Source: Blochmannia endosymbiont of Camponotus nipponensis (GTDB lineage Bacteria; Pseudomonadota; Gammaproteobacteria; Enterobacterales; Enterobacteriaceae). From it: a DNA stretch of 32,000 nucleotides. The translations under genes were made by a program, and so were the position numbers. The stretch is from positions 630,001 to 662,000 of the forward strand of contig NZ_CP046534.1 of assembly GCF_009827135.1 (NCBI RefSeq), written 5' to 3'. Below the pieces are notes generated by a model. It was not told where the DNA came from and did no database searches. It worked only from the letters and a program-made list of their open reading frames with translations. Below, piece by piece: positions 8,675-18,286 of this stretch. Each line of letters begins with the position of its first letter. The first letter of the stretch is position 1.

Positions 8675-10204
8675 ATGAATCTGTTAAAATATTTAACTGC
8701 AATGAGTTCTATAACTGTTTTATCTCGTGTTTTAGGTTTTATTAGAGATACTATTATAGCTCGAATATTTGGTGCTAGTATTATAACAGATGTGTTTTTT
8801 ATTGCTTTTAAGCTACCTAATTTATTGAGACGAATTTTTGCGGAAGGAGCATTTTATCAAGTTTTCCTCCCTGTATTATCAGAATATCAATGTAGTAAAA
8901 GTAAGGAAGACATACGAGATTTTATTGCTGGAGTATCTGGTTGGTTAATAATTACAATAGTTATTGTAGTTGTTGTTGGATTATTGGTAGCACCTTGGAT
9001 TATTATGGTTACTGCTCCAGGTTTTAACAGTTCTCCTGAGAAGTTTGTTATGACTGTTGCAATGTTTAGAGTAATGTTGCCTTATATTTTATTAGTGTCG
9101 TTGACATCATTGATGGGAGCGATTTTAAATTCTTGTAATTTTTTTTTGGTGCCAGCGTTTGCTCCGACTTTTTTAAATATTAGTATGATAATTTTTATGT
9201 TATTTGCGGAATATTTGTATTTTTATGTTCCTATTATAGGATTGGCTTGGTCAGTTATTGTGGGGGGGGTATTACAATGTGTTTATTGCTTACCATTCCT
9301 AAAAAAAATTAATATGCTAGTTATTCCAAAAATAAAATTGTATGACAATGGGATTTATAGGGTATGTAAATCAATGATACCTGCAATAATTGCTGTTTCA
9401 AGTAATCAGATATCTTTAGTTATTAATACTATTTTTGCTTCCTTTTTAAGAGATGGTTCTATTTCTTGGATGTATTATGCTGATAGATTGATGGAATTAC
9501 CTATTGGAATGTTTGGTGCGACATTAACTACGATTTTGGTGCCATATTTGTCTCGTTTTATTTATAATAAAAATTATGGAGATTATTTTTATTTGATGAA
9601 TTGGGGTATACGATTGTGTTATATATTAAGTTTACCTAGTGCTATTATTTTGGGGGTTTTATCTGAACCATTAATAGTAACATTATTTAAGTATGGAAAA
9701 TTTTTAGAATTTGATGTATTAATGACACGGTATTCTGTGATTGCGTATGCGGTTGGACTACCTGGGTTAGTTTTAACTAAGGTATTAGTATCTGGTTTTT
9801 ATGCACGTCATGATATTAAAACTCCAGTGTATATAGTTATTATTGTGCTTATTTTCACTCAATTTATAAATTTATTATGCATTAATATTTTAAAGCATGT
9901 TGTTTTTGCTTGTTCTATTAGTTTGGGTGCATGGTTAAATGCAGGGTTGTTGTATTGGAAATTTAAAAAAAAATATTTATTTAAATTGCAATCGGGATGG
10001 TTATTTTTTTGTTTTCAATTAATTATTGCTCTTTTTGTAATGTACATAGTAAGCATTGGATTGTTAATGTGTGTATCTGATTGGGCTCAAGGTAATATGC
10101 TTTGTAGATTAATTAGAATGACAGGGATTTTGATGTTAGTTGGTAGTAGTTATTGTCTAACATTATGGTGTGTAGGTATTCGTTTAAAAGATTTTATTTT
10201 TTGA
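8675..10204 (+). CDS. murJ: Lipid II flippase MurJ (MviN)
   Basis: The 509-aa ORF is full-length collinear with E. coli MurJ (MNLLK.L...SS.T..SRVLGF.RD.I.ARIFGA, FF.AFKLPNLLRRIFAEGAF, WMYYADRLMELP, GFYARHDIKTPV). Confidence 0.95.
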   Translation: MNLLKYLTAMSSITVLSRVLGFIRDTIIARIFGASIITDVFFIAFKLPNLLRRIFAEGAFYQVFLPVLSEYQCSKSKEDIRDFIAGVSGWLIITIVIVVVVGLLVAPWIIMVTAPGFNSSPEKFVMTVAMFRVMLPYILLVSLTSLMGAILNSCNFFLVPAFAPTFLNISMIIFMLFAEYLYFYVPIIGLAWSVIVGGVLQCVYCLPFLKKINMLVIPKIKLYDNGIYRVCKSMIPAIIAVSSNQISLVINTIFASFLRDGSISWMYYADRLMELPIGMFGATLTTILVPYLSRFIYNKNYGDYFYLMNWGIRLCYILSLPSAIILGVLSEPLIVTLFKYGKFLEFDVLMTRYSVIAYAVGLPGLVLTKVLVSGFYARHDIKTPVYIVIIVLIFTQFINLLCINILKHVVFACSISLGAWLNAGLLYWKFKKKYLFKLQSGWLFFCFQLIIALFVMYIVSIGLLMCVSDWAQGNMLCRLIRMTGILMLVGSSYCLTLWCVGIRLKDFIF

Positions 10205-10243
10205 GTAAAGATTCATTTTGATTTAATGAAATATACCTTAGTA

Positions 10244-11989
10244 TTACATGTATCTTACTGTTTTAATTCCTAATAAATTTAATCCTTTTTTTAAAATACG
10301 TGCGGTAATTAATGCTAGTTTTAATCTACTATATTTTATATGTGTATTGTTGACTTTGACGATGGGACAGTTTTCGTAAAAAGAGGAAAATAATACAGAT
10401 AATTTGTATAAGTAAGAGCATAGTATGTGGGGAGTACCTTGATTTGCAACTGTAATAATTATTTCTTCAAATTGAAGTAAACAAATTGCTAATAGTATTT
10501 CTTCTGTAGTTTCTAATTGAATAGTATTTCTTTCGAATTGTGAATCAAGTTGTTTGAATCGTTTAAAAATAGAAAAAATTCTGGTACATGCATATTGTAT
10601 ATAAGGTGCCGTATTTCCTTCAAAATTTAGCATGCTATTCCAATTGAATATGTAATCTGTAATACGATTTTTTGATAGTTCAGAGTATTTCACGGCACCG
10701 ATGCTAATAATATGCGCTAGTTTATTAACTTTAGCTAATTTTAAATTGGGGTTTTTATTTAATATTAAACAACGAGCGCGTTCTAAGGCTTCATCTAATA
10801 ATGTTTTTAGTTTTAACGCATTGCCGGATCGTGTTTTAAATGGTTTACCGTCTGTTCCAAGCATCATACCACATATGTGATGTTCTAATAATACTGATTG
10901 TCCTATGTAACCTGCTTTATTAGCGATTTCCCATGCTTGTGTTAGATGTTGTTTTTGACGAGAATCAATATAGTAAATAATTCTATCGGCATGTAGTATC
11001 TTGCATCGGTATTTTATGCAAGCAATGTCAGTGGTACTATACAAATAAGCACCATCTTTTTTTTGAATAATTACGCCAAAAGGATCGCCTTGTTTGTTGT
11101 GATAATTTTCAATAGGTACGATAGTGGCTCCATTACTTGTGGTCGTTAAGCCTTTATTTTTTAAATCTGATATAATACCAGGAAGCATATCATTGTAAAA
11201 GCTTTCTCCTATAGTGTCGCTTTTTTTTAAAGTAATATTTAATCGTGTGTATATTTTCTGATTATTTAATATAGAAATATCTACCAAACGTTGCCATATT
11301 TGGCGATAATATTTTTCTCCTTTTTGTAATTTTAAAACATAACTTCGAGATAATTCAGCAAAAGTGGGATCGATATCGTATATTTTTTTAGCTTCTTGAT
11401 AAAAATGTTCTAGTGTAGATAATTGTATAGTTTTATGTAATAACAATTCAGGCTGTTTATTTTTCTCTATATAAGCTATAAGCATACCAAATTGAGTGCC
11501 CCAATCTCCTATGTGATTAGCTCGTATGACATTATGGCCTAAAAAGGATAAGATACGAGCAATACTATCTCCGATAACAGTTGAACGTAAATGTCCAACA
11601 TGCATTTCTTTTGCAAGATTTGGGCTGGAATAGTCAATGACAACAGTTTTTGGTATAATTGGAGTAAAGCCTAAATTGGACATAAAAAAAATATTATTAA
11701 TTTGGTGAGATATCCATTGTGGATCTAAAAATATGTTAATAAATCCTGGTTTTTCAATTTTTATTGTTTGAGCAATGTTATTTAGGTTAATAAATTTTAT
11801 AATTTTTTTAGCAAGTTCTTCTACAGGAAGATTTAATTTTTTAGATATAGTTATTAATCCATTAATTTGATAGTTTCCAAAAATTTTTTTTGTTGATTGT
11901 TGTACCTGTATTAGATTAGAAACAGATTCATTTGTGATGATGAGCAAAGCTTGATGAATTTTTTTCAGTAAAAAATTTTGAATGTTCAT
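10244..11989 (-). CDS. argS: Arginine--tRNA ligase
   Basis: Collinear with E. coli ArgRS (PGFINIFLDP, VVIDYSSPNLAKEMHVGHLRSTVIGD, IRANHIGDWGTQFGMLIAY, GVIIQKKDGAYLYSTTDIAC, YYIDSRQKQHL, GKPFKTRSGN, GAVKYSELSKNR, ends VRYM). The ORF track begins 22 codons upstream, at 12055. The ATG at 11989 (MNIQNFLLKKI) matches the E. coli MNIQALLSEKV start. Confidence 0.95.
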   Translation of the reverse strand: MNIQNFLLKKIHQALLIITNESVSNLIQVQQSTKKIFGNYQINGLITISKKLNLPVEELAKKIIKFINLNNIAQTIKIEKPGFINIFLDPQWISHQINNIFFMSNLGFTPIIPKTVVIDYSSPNLAKEMHVGHLRSTVIGDSIARILSFLGHNVIRANHIGDWGTQFGMLIAYIEKNKQPELLLHKTIQLSTLEHFYQEAKKIYDIDPTFAELSRSYVLKLQKGEKYYRQIWQRLVDISILNNQKIYTRLNITLKKSDTIGESFYNDMLPGIISDLKNKGLTTTSNGATIVPIENYHNKQGDPFGVIIQKKDGAYLYSTTDIACIKYRCKILHADRIIYYIDSRQKQHLTQAWEIANKAGYIGQSVLLEHHICGMMLGTDGKPFKTRSGNALKLKTLLDEALERARCLILNKNPNLKLAKVNKLAHIISIGAVKYSELSKNRITDYIFNWNSMLNFEGNTAPYIQYACTRIFSIFKRFKQLDSQFERNTIQLETTEEILLAICLLQFEEIIITVANQGTPHILCSYLYKLSVLFSSFYENCPIVKVNNTHIKYSRLKLALITARILKKGLNLLGIKTVRYM

Positions 11990-12579
11990 ATAAATATTTT
12001 GGAATATAAATATAACTAGAAAAATATTAATTTTTTTATTGATGTAACTCATCAATTAACTTTTACAATTAATACAAATGTTTTTAAATTATATTATATT
12101 TTATGTTATATATTTATTGTGTCTCATAATATTCAAATTGTTGAATATTGATTGATAATTGCATGATGTTGTTATACGATTTATTTATAAAAATGTATCA
12201 GTAATAATTATTACTACTATAAATATATATTTATACATATCTTTAATGATCCAACAGTGTTAGACGGTGAGTCTATTACAAATGTTAACTACATACATTA
12301 TTTATTTTTTATGAAATAGTACAATGTTGTTTAAATTAGTATGATTAATATAAGCTACGTTTAATTTAAGTAAATTCAACTATAGTATAGTATAAGTATC
12401 TTATGATATTTCATATAGAAATATCAATATAATATTGGAAAAAATTTATTTATACGGGTGTTGTGAACAATATATTAGTATATTGTGTTTCATGTCAATT
12501 GCATGTATATGTTTTTTTTGCTATTTTTTCTGTAAAATAGATACTATGTAATTGGATGTTTATGAGTAGAGGTATTGAT

Positions 12580-14301
12580 ATGCGCACTGCATATTGTGGT
12601 CAATTGAATTTATCCCATGTAGGTTTGGAAGTCATATTATGTGGTTGGATCAACAAATATCGTAGTTTCGGTAAGTTAATTTTTATAGATTTACGCGATC
12701 GAGAGGGTTGTGTACAGGTATGTTTTGATGTTGATCAAAACAAAAAAATGTGTATGTATGCTACTGCATTGAAACAGGAATTTTGTATTCAATTAATAGG
12801 TACCGTCTGTGCGAGACCTAAAAATCAAATTAATACTAATATGTCTACTGGGGCTATTGAAATAATAGCAAAAGCTTTTACTATTTTGAATACTTCCGAT
12901 CCGTTACCGTTAGATATTAGTCAAAATAATACTGAGGAAAATAGATTAAAGTATCGTTATCTTGATTTGAGACGTCCGGTTATGTTCCATAGAATAAAAA
13001 CTCGATCGCGGATTATATCAATTGTTCATCGTTTTATGGAGTTAGAGGGATTTTTAAACATTGAAACACCGATGTTAACGAAAGTTACTCCGGAAGGTTC
13101 TAGGGATTATATTGTTCCTAGTAGATTACATATAGGTAAAAATTATGCTTTACCTCAATCCCCTCAAATATTTAAGCAATTGTTAATGATTTCTGGTTTC
13201 GACAGGTATTATCAAATTACTAAATGCTTTCGAGATGAAGATTTACGCGCAGATCGTCAGCCAGAGTTTACTCAAATAGATATTGAAATTTCTTTCATGA
13301 TGACACAAAAAATACAAGAATTGATGGAGATTTTTATTCGTATTATTTGGCGTGAAATTTTGCATGTAGAATTGGGAACTTTTCCCCGTTTTACATATTC
13401 TGATGTAATGAAACGTTTTGGATCTGATGCTCCAGATTTGAGAAATCCAATAGAAATGTTTGATATATCATATTTATTTAGGTCAACATATATTAGATCA
13501 TTATTTGGAATAGATAATATCAATACTCAAATAATAGCTATGAAAGTGCCTAATGGTGGAAAACTAACGCAAAGACAGATTGATGAATATATTTACTATT
13601 CTAAAAAACGTGGTTTACAGGAATTAATGTGGGTTAGGGTCCAATGTATTGATAATGATTTTGCTAAAAAAAAGATGCAAGGATCAGCTGCTAATTTTTT
13701 AGATGAGCTAACATTGGATGTTATTTTACAGAAAACTAATACCAAGAATAATGATATTTTATTTTTTGGATTTGGGGATAATCAAAATTTATCTATCACA
13801 AAAATATTAAGTTCTTTAAGATTTAAATTAGGCAATGATCTTTGTTTAATTAAAAAAGACTCTTGGGCTCCATTGTGGGTAATAGATTTCCCGATGTTTA
13901 AAAAAAATAGCGATGGTGCGCTTATATCTATGCATCATATGTTTACTGCTCCAAAAAATTGCGATGTCCAAACTTTAAAAAAAGGTCCATTATTAGTAAC
14001 TTCAGAAGCTTATGATATGGTAATTAATGGTTGTGAGGTTGGTAGTGGATCAGTGCGTATTCATTCATTTGATGTACAACAAGTAGTATTTAATATTTTA
14101 GGTATTACTAAATGCGCACAGAAAGAAAAATTTGGGTATTTATTAGATGCATTAAAATATGGAGCGCCTCCACATGCTGGTTTGGCGTTTGGATTAGATC
14201 GATTAGTTATGTTGTTAACTGGAGCTAATAGTATTCGAGAGGTAATCGCATTTCCTAAAACTACGGCAGCGGTAGATATGATGGCTGGTGCTCCTGATTG
14301 A
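12580..14301 (+). CDS. aspS: Aspartate--tRNA ligase
   Basis: Collinear with E. coli AspRS (MRTAYCGQLNLSHVG, LKYRYLDLRRP, ETPMLTK.TPEG.RDY.VPSR, YALPQSPQ.FKQLLM.SGFDRYYQI.KCFRDEDLRADRQPEFTQID.E, GLAFGLDRL.MLLTG...IREVIAFPKTTAA). The start is taken at the ATG matching E. coli M1, whereas the track starts 8 codons earlier at 12556. The product ends about 20 aa short of the E. coli C-terminus. Confidence 0.95.
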   Translation: MRTAYCGQLNLSHVGLEVILCGWINKYRSFGKLIFIDLRDREGCVQVCFDVDQNKKMCMYATALKQEFCIQLIGTVCARPKNQINTNMSTGAIEIIAKAFTILNTSDPLPLDISQNNTEENRLKYRYLDLRRPVMFHRIKTRSRIISIVHRFMELEGFLNIETPMLTKVTPEGSRDYIVPSRLHIGKNYALPQSPQIFKQLLMISGFDRYYQITKCFRDEDLRADRQPEFTQIDIEISFMMTQKIQELMEIFIRIIWREILHVELGTFPRFTYSDVMKRFGSDAPDLRNPIEMFDISYLFRSTYIRSLFGIDNINTQIIAMKVPNGGKLTQRQIDEYIYYSKKRGLQELMWVRVQCIDNDFAKKKMQGSAANFLDELTLDVILQKTNTKNNDILFFGFGDNQNLSITKILSSLRFKLGNDLCLIKKDSWAPLWVIDFPMFKKNSDGALISMHHMFTAPKNCDVQTLKKGPLLVTSEAYDMVINGCEVGSGSVRIHSFDVQQVVFNILGITKCAQKEKFGYLLDALKYGAPPHAGLAFGLDRLVMLLTGANSIREVIAFPKTTAAVDMMAGAPD

Positions 14302-14376
14302 TTTATATTGTTAGGTAAAACTGATGAGTTATGTGTTTATAGTTATAGTTTAGTATTTTAGAACAGTAGTTCTATG

Positions 14377-14425
14377 AACTGTATTAGGAAAGAACCTAAT
14401 ACAGTTATTTCAAATATTTTGAAAT
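14377..14425 (+). terminator. Candidate aspS terminator: perfect 12-bp hairpin followed by a second 8-bp AT hairpin and T-rich tail
   Basis: AACTGTATTAGG (14377-14388), loop AAAGAA, CCTAATACAGTT (14395-14406). Immediately after comes ATTTCAAA-TAT-TTTGAAAT (14407-14425). The element is 76 nt downstream of the aspS stop. Confidence 0.45.
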
Positions 14426-14615
14426 GTAAAAGTAATCAATAGAATATTTTAATTTGCATGTTATTTATCGAAAAATATATGAGTGATGTGATTTTTTACT
14501 GAAAGATAACATTAATATTAAAGTCGTTTTATTCTTTTCTATAATATTTTCTTTTTAATTTTTATTAAGAATGATTTTTTTATTTATTAGAGATCGTAAT
14601 ATAGGTTAGTAATGA

Positions 14616-15974
14616 GTGTGTAGTATTATAGTTAGTGCTATTAAATTATTATATTGTTATTTGTATAGGCGTTATTTTGTAATGTTGTCTGTATCTTTAT
14701 TAATGATTGTGATTATGATAGTTTGGGGATTTTTTGTTCCGTGTACATTAAACAAAAATAAAAAAAATTATAATCAATCATCTGTTGTAAAAAAAAACGA
14801 GTTTCATCAATCTGAAATTATAAAAAATGAGAAATTTTTTAATAATGCCATGATATATTCTAGTATTTTACAGAGATATCTATATTTTAATAAATTATCA
14901 AAAGAAGCAAACATATATAATTATATAGTGTCTCAGGATGATGTATTAGGTAAAATTTTAATAGAATATAGCAGTAGTGGTGTTGATAGATCTGAAATTA
15001 CTCTTTTACTACAACAGTATCCGATATTAAGACAGATAAAAAAGGGACAAATACTTTCTTGGATTATAATTACAAAAAAAAAATTGCAATGTTTAATTTG
15101 GGATATTTTTCCTCAAGAAAGTCGTATCTATAATCGTATGGATACTAATTTTACAGAAGGCATTATCAGAAGTTTAACTCCATTGAACGATGGGTTATCT
15201 TCTACAATTTTATTTATAGGTGAATTAGGTGGAACATTTATTAACAGTGCTCGTTCCTTAGGAATAGAAGAAAATTGTATTACAGATATAATTAATGCAT
15301 TCAAATATCAATTAAATTTTCATAAATTGCATCAAGGAGATAGATTTGCTGTATTAATATCAATAACTATGAATAATAACCACAATTTTAACAGTAAATT
15401 GCTTGGAGTTAGATTATATACTGCTGGTAAAGATTATTATGCATTTCGTGCGAATGATGGTAAATTATATGATCGTGAGGCTGTAAGTTTAAGAAGAAAT
15501 TTTATACGATTTCCTACATTAAAACCATTTCGTATATCTTCTAATTTTAATTTAAATAGATTGAATCCCGTGACTGGACAAGTCTCTCCTCATGCTGGAG
15601 TTGATTTTGCTGTTCCAATTGGTACTCCAATCTTCTCCGTGGGAGACGGTGAAGTTATTGTAAGTACATATAGCAAAATTGCTGGTAATTATGTGGCAAT
15701 TAAACATAGTTGTCATTGTACAACTCGGTATATGCATTTGAAAAAGGTATTAGTTAAACCTGGTCAAAAAGTTAAATTAGGTGATAATATAGCATTATCT
15801 GGTAATACAGGTCGATCGACAGGCCCTCATTTACATTTTGAGATGTGGATTAATCATCGTCCCGTAAATCCATTGACTACTAAAGTAGTAGATGTTGATA
15901 AACTGTTAGGAAATGAACGTATAATATATTTAAATAAAGTTAAAGAGATGCTTCCTCAACTACGTTTTGATTAA
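14616..15974 (+). CDS. mepM: Murein DD-endopeptidase MepM (YebA), LytM/M23 family
   Basis: The C-terminal M23 domain is highly conserved versus E. coli MepM (NPVTG.VSPHAGVDFA.P.GTP..SVGDGEV.V, YVAIKH....TRYMHLKK.LVKPGQKVK.GD.IALSGNTGRSTGPHLHFE.WIN...VNPLT, ends PQLRFD). A GTG start at 14616 gives an N-terminus of E. coli-like length with a TM helix (VMLSVSLLMIV...). The ATG at 14682 is an alternative start. Confidence 0.9.
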   Translation: MCSIIVSAIKLLYCYLYRRYFVMLSVSLLMIVIMIVWGFFVPCTLNKNKKNYNQSSVVKKNEFHQSEIIKNEKFFNNAMIYSSILQRYLYFNKLSKEANIYNYIVSQDDVLGKILIEYSSSGVDRSEITLLLQQYPILRQIKKGQILSWIIITKKKLQCLIWDIFPQESRIYNRMDTNFTEGIIRSLTPLNDGLSSTILFIGELGGTFINSARSLGIEENCITDIINAFKYQLNFHKLHQGDRFAVLISITMNNNHNFNSKLLGVRLYTAGKDYYAFRANDGKLYDREAVSLRRNFIRFPTLKPFRISSNFNLNRLNPVTGQVSPHAGVDFAVPIGTPIFSVGDGEVIVSTYSKIAGNYVAIKHSCHCTTRYMHLKKVLVKPGQKVKLGDNIALSGNTGRSTGPHLHFEMWINHRPVNPLTTKVVDVDKLLGNERIIYLNKVKEMLPQLRFD

Positions 15975-16177
15975 GATTGATTTTAATTTTTTGTAATTTT
16001 TTCTATTGATTATAATTTTTTATTTGGTTTATTTTTATTGCTTACAATATTTTATAAAGAATAAATATTTAAGTTCTATTATAGGAACTGTACATATTTG
16101 TGTATATAATGACATATATGTTTGTGAGTTCGATTGTAGTTTTAAAAATATATGTGTGGTTTAGTGAAAATAATAAA

Positions 16178-17623
16178 TTATTCTACTTGTAAAATGCGAC
16201 TAATATTGATTACGTCGCGTGGATTGTATATATCATTTTGTATTACAACTACTAATTCTCCAGATAATAAGAATCCCTGGTTTCGTAATAAATTGCTAGC
16301 ATATTTAACGTCTGCTATGTTATCGCCTGTTCGGTTAAAATAAATAGGAATAACTCCTTTATAGAGAGTAACTATATTTAAAGTATGTTTGTGTTGGGAT
16401 AGCGCAAAAATAGGTAATTTTGAATTGATACGAGACATTAATAATGTAGTACTTGCGAATTCAGTTAAGGCAATGACAGCGCTTACTCCTTCTAAATGAT
16501 TAGCAGTATACATTGCCGACATGGCGATTGCTTCTTCTATGCTATTAAATTTTTTTTTTTGATTAATGCATTTTAAAAAATTGATGTTGGATATTTTTTC
16601 AGCACCTAGACATACGTTAGCCATAGTTGTTACAGTTTCAGATGGATATTGGCCTGTAGCAGTTTCAGCAGATAACATAACTGCGTCAGTACCATCTAAT
16701 ACTGCATTGGCCACATCCATGACTTCTGCTCGGGTAGGCATGGAGTTATGAATCATAGATTCCATCATTTGAGTTGCAGTAATGACCGCGCGATTAAGAG
16801 CACGTGCTCTTTGTATTATCTTTTTTTGCATACCTACTAATTCTGGTTCTCCAATTTCTATTCCTAAATCTCCTCGAGCCACCATTACTGCATCTGATGC
16901 ATAAATAATGTCGTCTATTGTTTCATCGGATGCAACTACTTCTGCGCGTTCTATTTTAGAAATAATTTTTGCATGACTACCAGCATCAATAACTAATTTT
17001 CGTGCACAATTTAAATCTATACTGCTACGTGGAAATGATATCGCTAAATAATCAACTCCAATTTGAGCTGCAGTAATAATATCAATTTTATCTTTATTTG
17101 TTAATACTTTTGCTGCGAGCCCTCCTCCTAATTTGTTTAGTCCTTTATTGTTAGACAACATACCTCCAACAATTACTTTAGTATATATTTTGGTATTATG
17201 TATGGTTATTACTTGTAACTGAATTCTGCCATCGTCTAATAGAAGTAGATCGCCTGAACGTACATCTTGCGCGAGTTCTTCGTAATCAACACCCACACAT
17301 TGATGATCACCTTTATTGTTTGTCATCATGGTATCAATTAAAAAGTTATCCCCAGATTTTAAGTATATTTTGTTACCTTGAAACGTTGAAATACGAATTT
17401 TAGGGCCTTGTAAATCTCCGAGAATAGCAACATATTTACATAGTTTAGAAGCGATTTCACGTACTTTTTTCGCTCGAGTAAAATGTTCTTTTTTTTCTCC
17501 ATGAGAAAAATTTAGTCGCACTATATTTGTGCCGGAAACAATTATTTTTTCAAGGTTGTTATCTTTATCTGTAGCAGGACCTAAAGTAGCGATAATTTTG
17601 GTTCTTCTTAGTTGTCTTAACAT
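16178..17623 (-). CDS. pykA: Pyruvate kinase II
   Basis: The 481-aa ORF is collinear with E. coli PykA ([112 protein letters not shown], ends RIL.VE). GAGGAA lies 6 nt upstream of the ATG. Confidence 0.97.
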   Translation of the reverse strand: MLRQLRRTKIIATLGPATDKDNNLEKIIVSGTNIVRLNFSHGEKKEHFTRAKKVREIASKLCKYVAILGDLQGPKIRISTFQGNKIYLKSGDNFLIDTMMTNNKGDHQCVGVDYEELAQDVRSGDLLLLDDGRIQLQVITIHNTKIYTKVIVGGMLSNNKGLNKLGGGLAAKVLTNKDKIDIITAAQIGVDYLAISFPRSSIDLNCARKLVIDAGSHAKIISKIERAEVVASDETIDDIIYASDAVMVARGDLGIEIGEPELVGMQKKIIQRARALNRAVITATQMMESMIHNSMPTRAEVMDVANAVLDGTDAVMLSAETATGQYPSETVTTMANVCLGAEKISNINFLKCINQKKKFNSIEEAIAMSAMYTANHLEGVSAVIALTEFASTTLLMSRINSKLPIFALSQHKHTLNIVTLYKGVIPIYFNRTGDNIADVKYASNLLRNQGFLLSGELVVVIQNDIYNPRDVINISRILQVE

Positions 17624-18286
17624 AATAATTCCTCATGAAATTGAAATATAATAACAAGTATTAAAGAATAGTGATTATTCGTTATGTTGTGGATATAATA
17701 TTACTTATGTTATTTTACATTAAATTATAATATATTATATGATAGTATATGATTATGTATAGAATATTTATTCCTGATATTTATAATGTGATTAATTGAT
17801 ATTTTTTAAAATTGATATAAAATAATATAGTATTATAAGTTTTAATAATTGTATGTGGATAATATAAGCATATAGAAATTACAATCATAACGGGGTATTT
17901 TTGTTTATTTCATGGAAATAAAACTATTTTATTATGAACAAATTTGTAACATGGTAGTTTTGTTGTTATAATAACTCTGTTTTTATTTGTTTTTTTTGTT
18001 CTTAAAGATATTAAATTTATGATATGTGTTTTAATTATATATCTTTAAAAGTTATAGAAAATAACTAAAAATATCATGAAAATAAAAGGTGTTTTTTATT
18101 ACTATTAGTATTATAAATGATACTTAATTGTTATGGGTTGGGGTTTTGTATATATTAATTTTATTAAGTAATTCTGTTTGATATTTTAATTCAATCTAAT
18201 AAATGTGAACTTATTATACAATTTATTTGTGTATAATGGATATTAAGAAAGTTATATTCATATAAATAACATATCAGAGAATATAA

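Noticed and set aside
11990-12055. N-terminal extensions in the ORF track. They affect argS (22 codons), aspS (8), mdtH (10), htpX (16), manY (11), pabB (26), tsaB (5), minD (2) and gutQ (8).
   Set aside because: The extensions are hydrophobic or AT-driven, have no counterpart in the E. coli orthologues, and usually lack an SD. Internal ATGs align with the orthologue starts. I treat them as ORF-caller artefacts rather than novel N-terminal domains.
12128-12149. A perfect 9-bp inverted repeat, AATATTCAA-ATTG-TTGAATATT, in the argS-aspS divergent spacer. Similar AT-only palindromes include ACAATATA-TTAG-TATATTGT and GATATTTC-ATATA-GAAATATC in the same spacer.
   Set aside because: AT-only palindromes of 8-9 bp are expected by chance at this base composition and recur in every spacer. 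Nothing supports an operator function.
13272-13523. An 83-aa minus-strand ORF inside aspS.
   Set aside because: Antisense shadow ORF within a conserved CDS.
14302-14364. The frame continues after the aspS TGA stop (FILLGKTDELCVYSYSLVF*), which raised the possibility of TGA read-through or recoding restoring the E. coli-length C-terminus.
   Set aside because: Similarity to the E. coli AspRS tail is marginal. TGA is also used as a normal stop elsewhere in the window, for example by murJ, cspC and zwf. A simple C-terminal truncation is the parsimonious reading.
15552-15737. A 61-aa minus-strand ORF inside the mepM M23 domain.
   Set aside because: Antisense shadow ORF.
16152-16751. Two plus-strand ORFs (16152-16343 and 16566-16751) overlapping pykA.
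   Set aside because: Antisense shadow ORFs. pykA on the minus strand is full-length and highly conserved.
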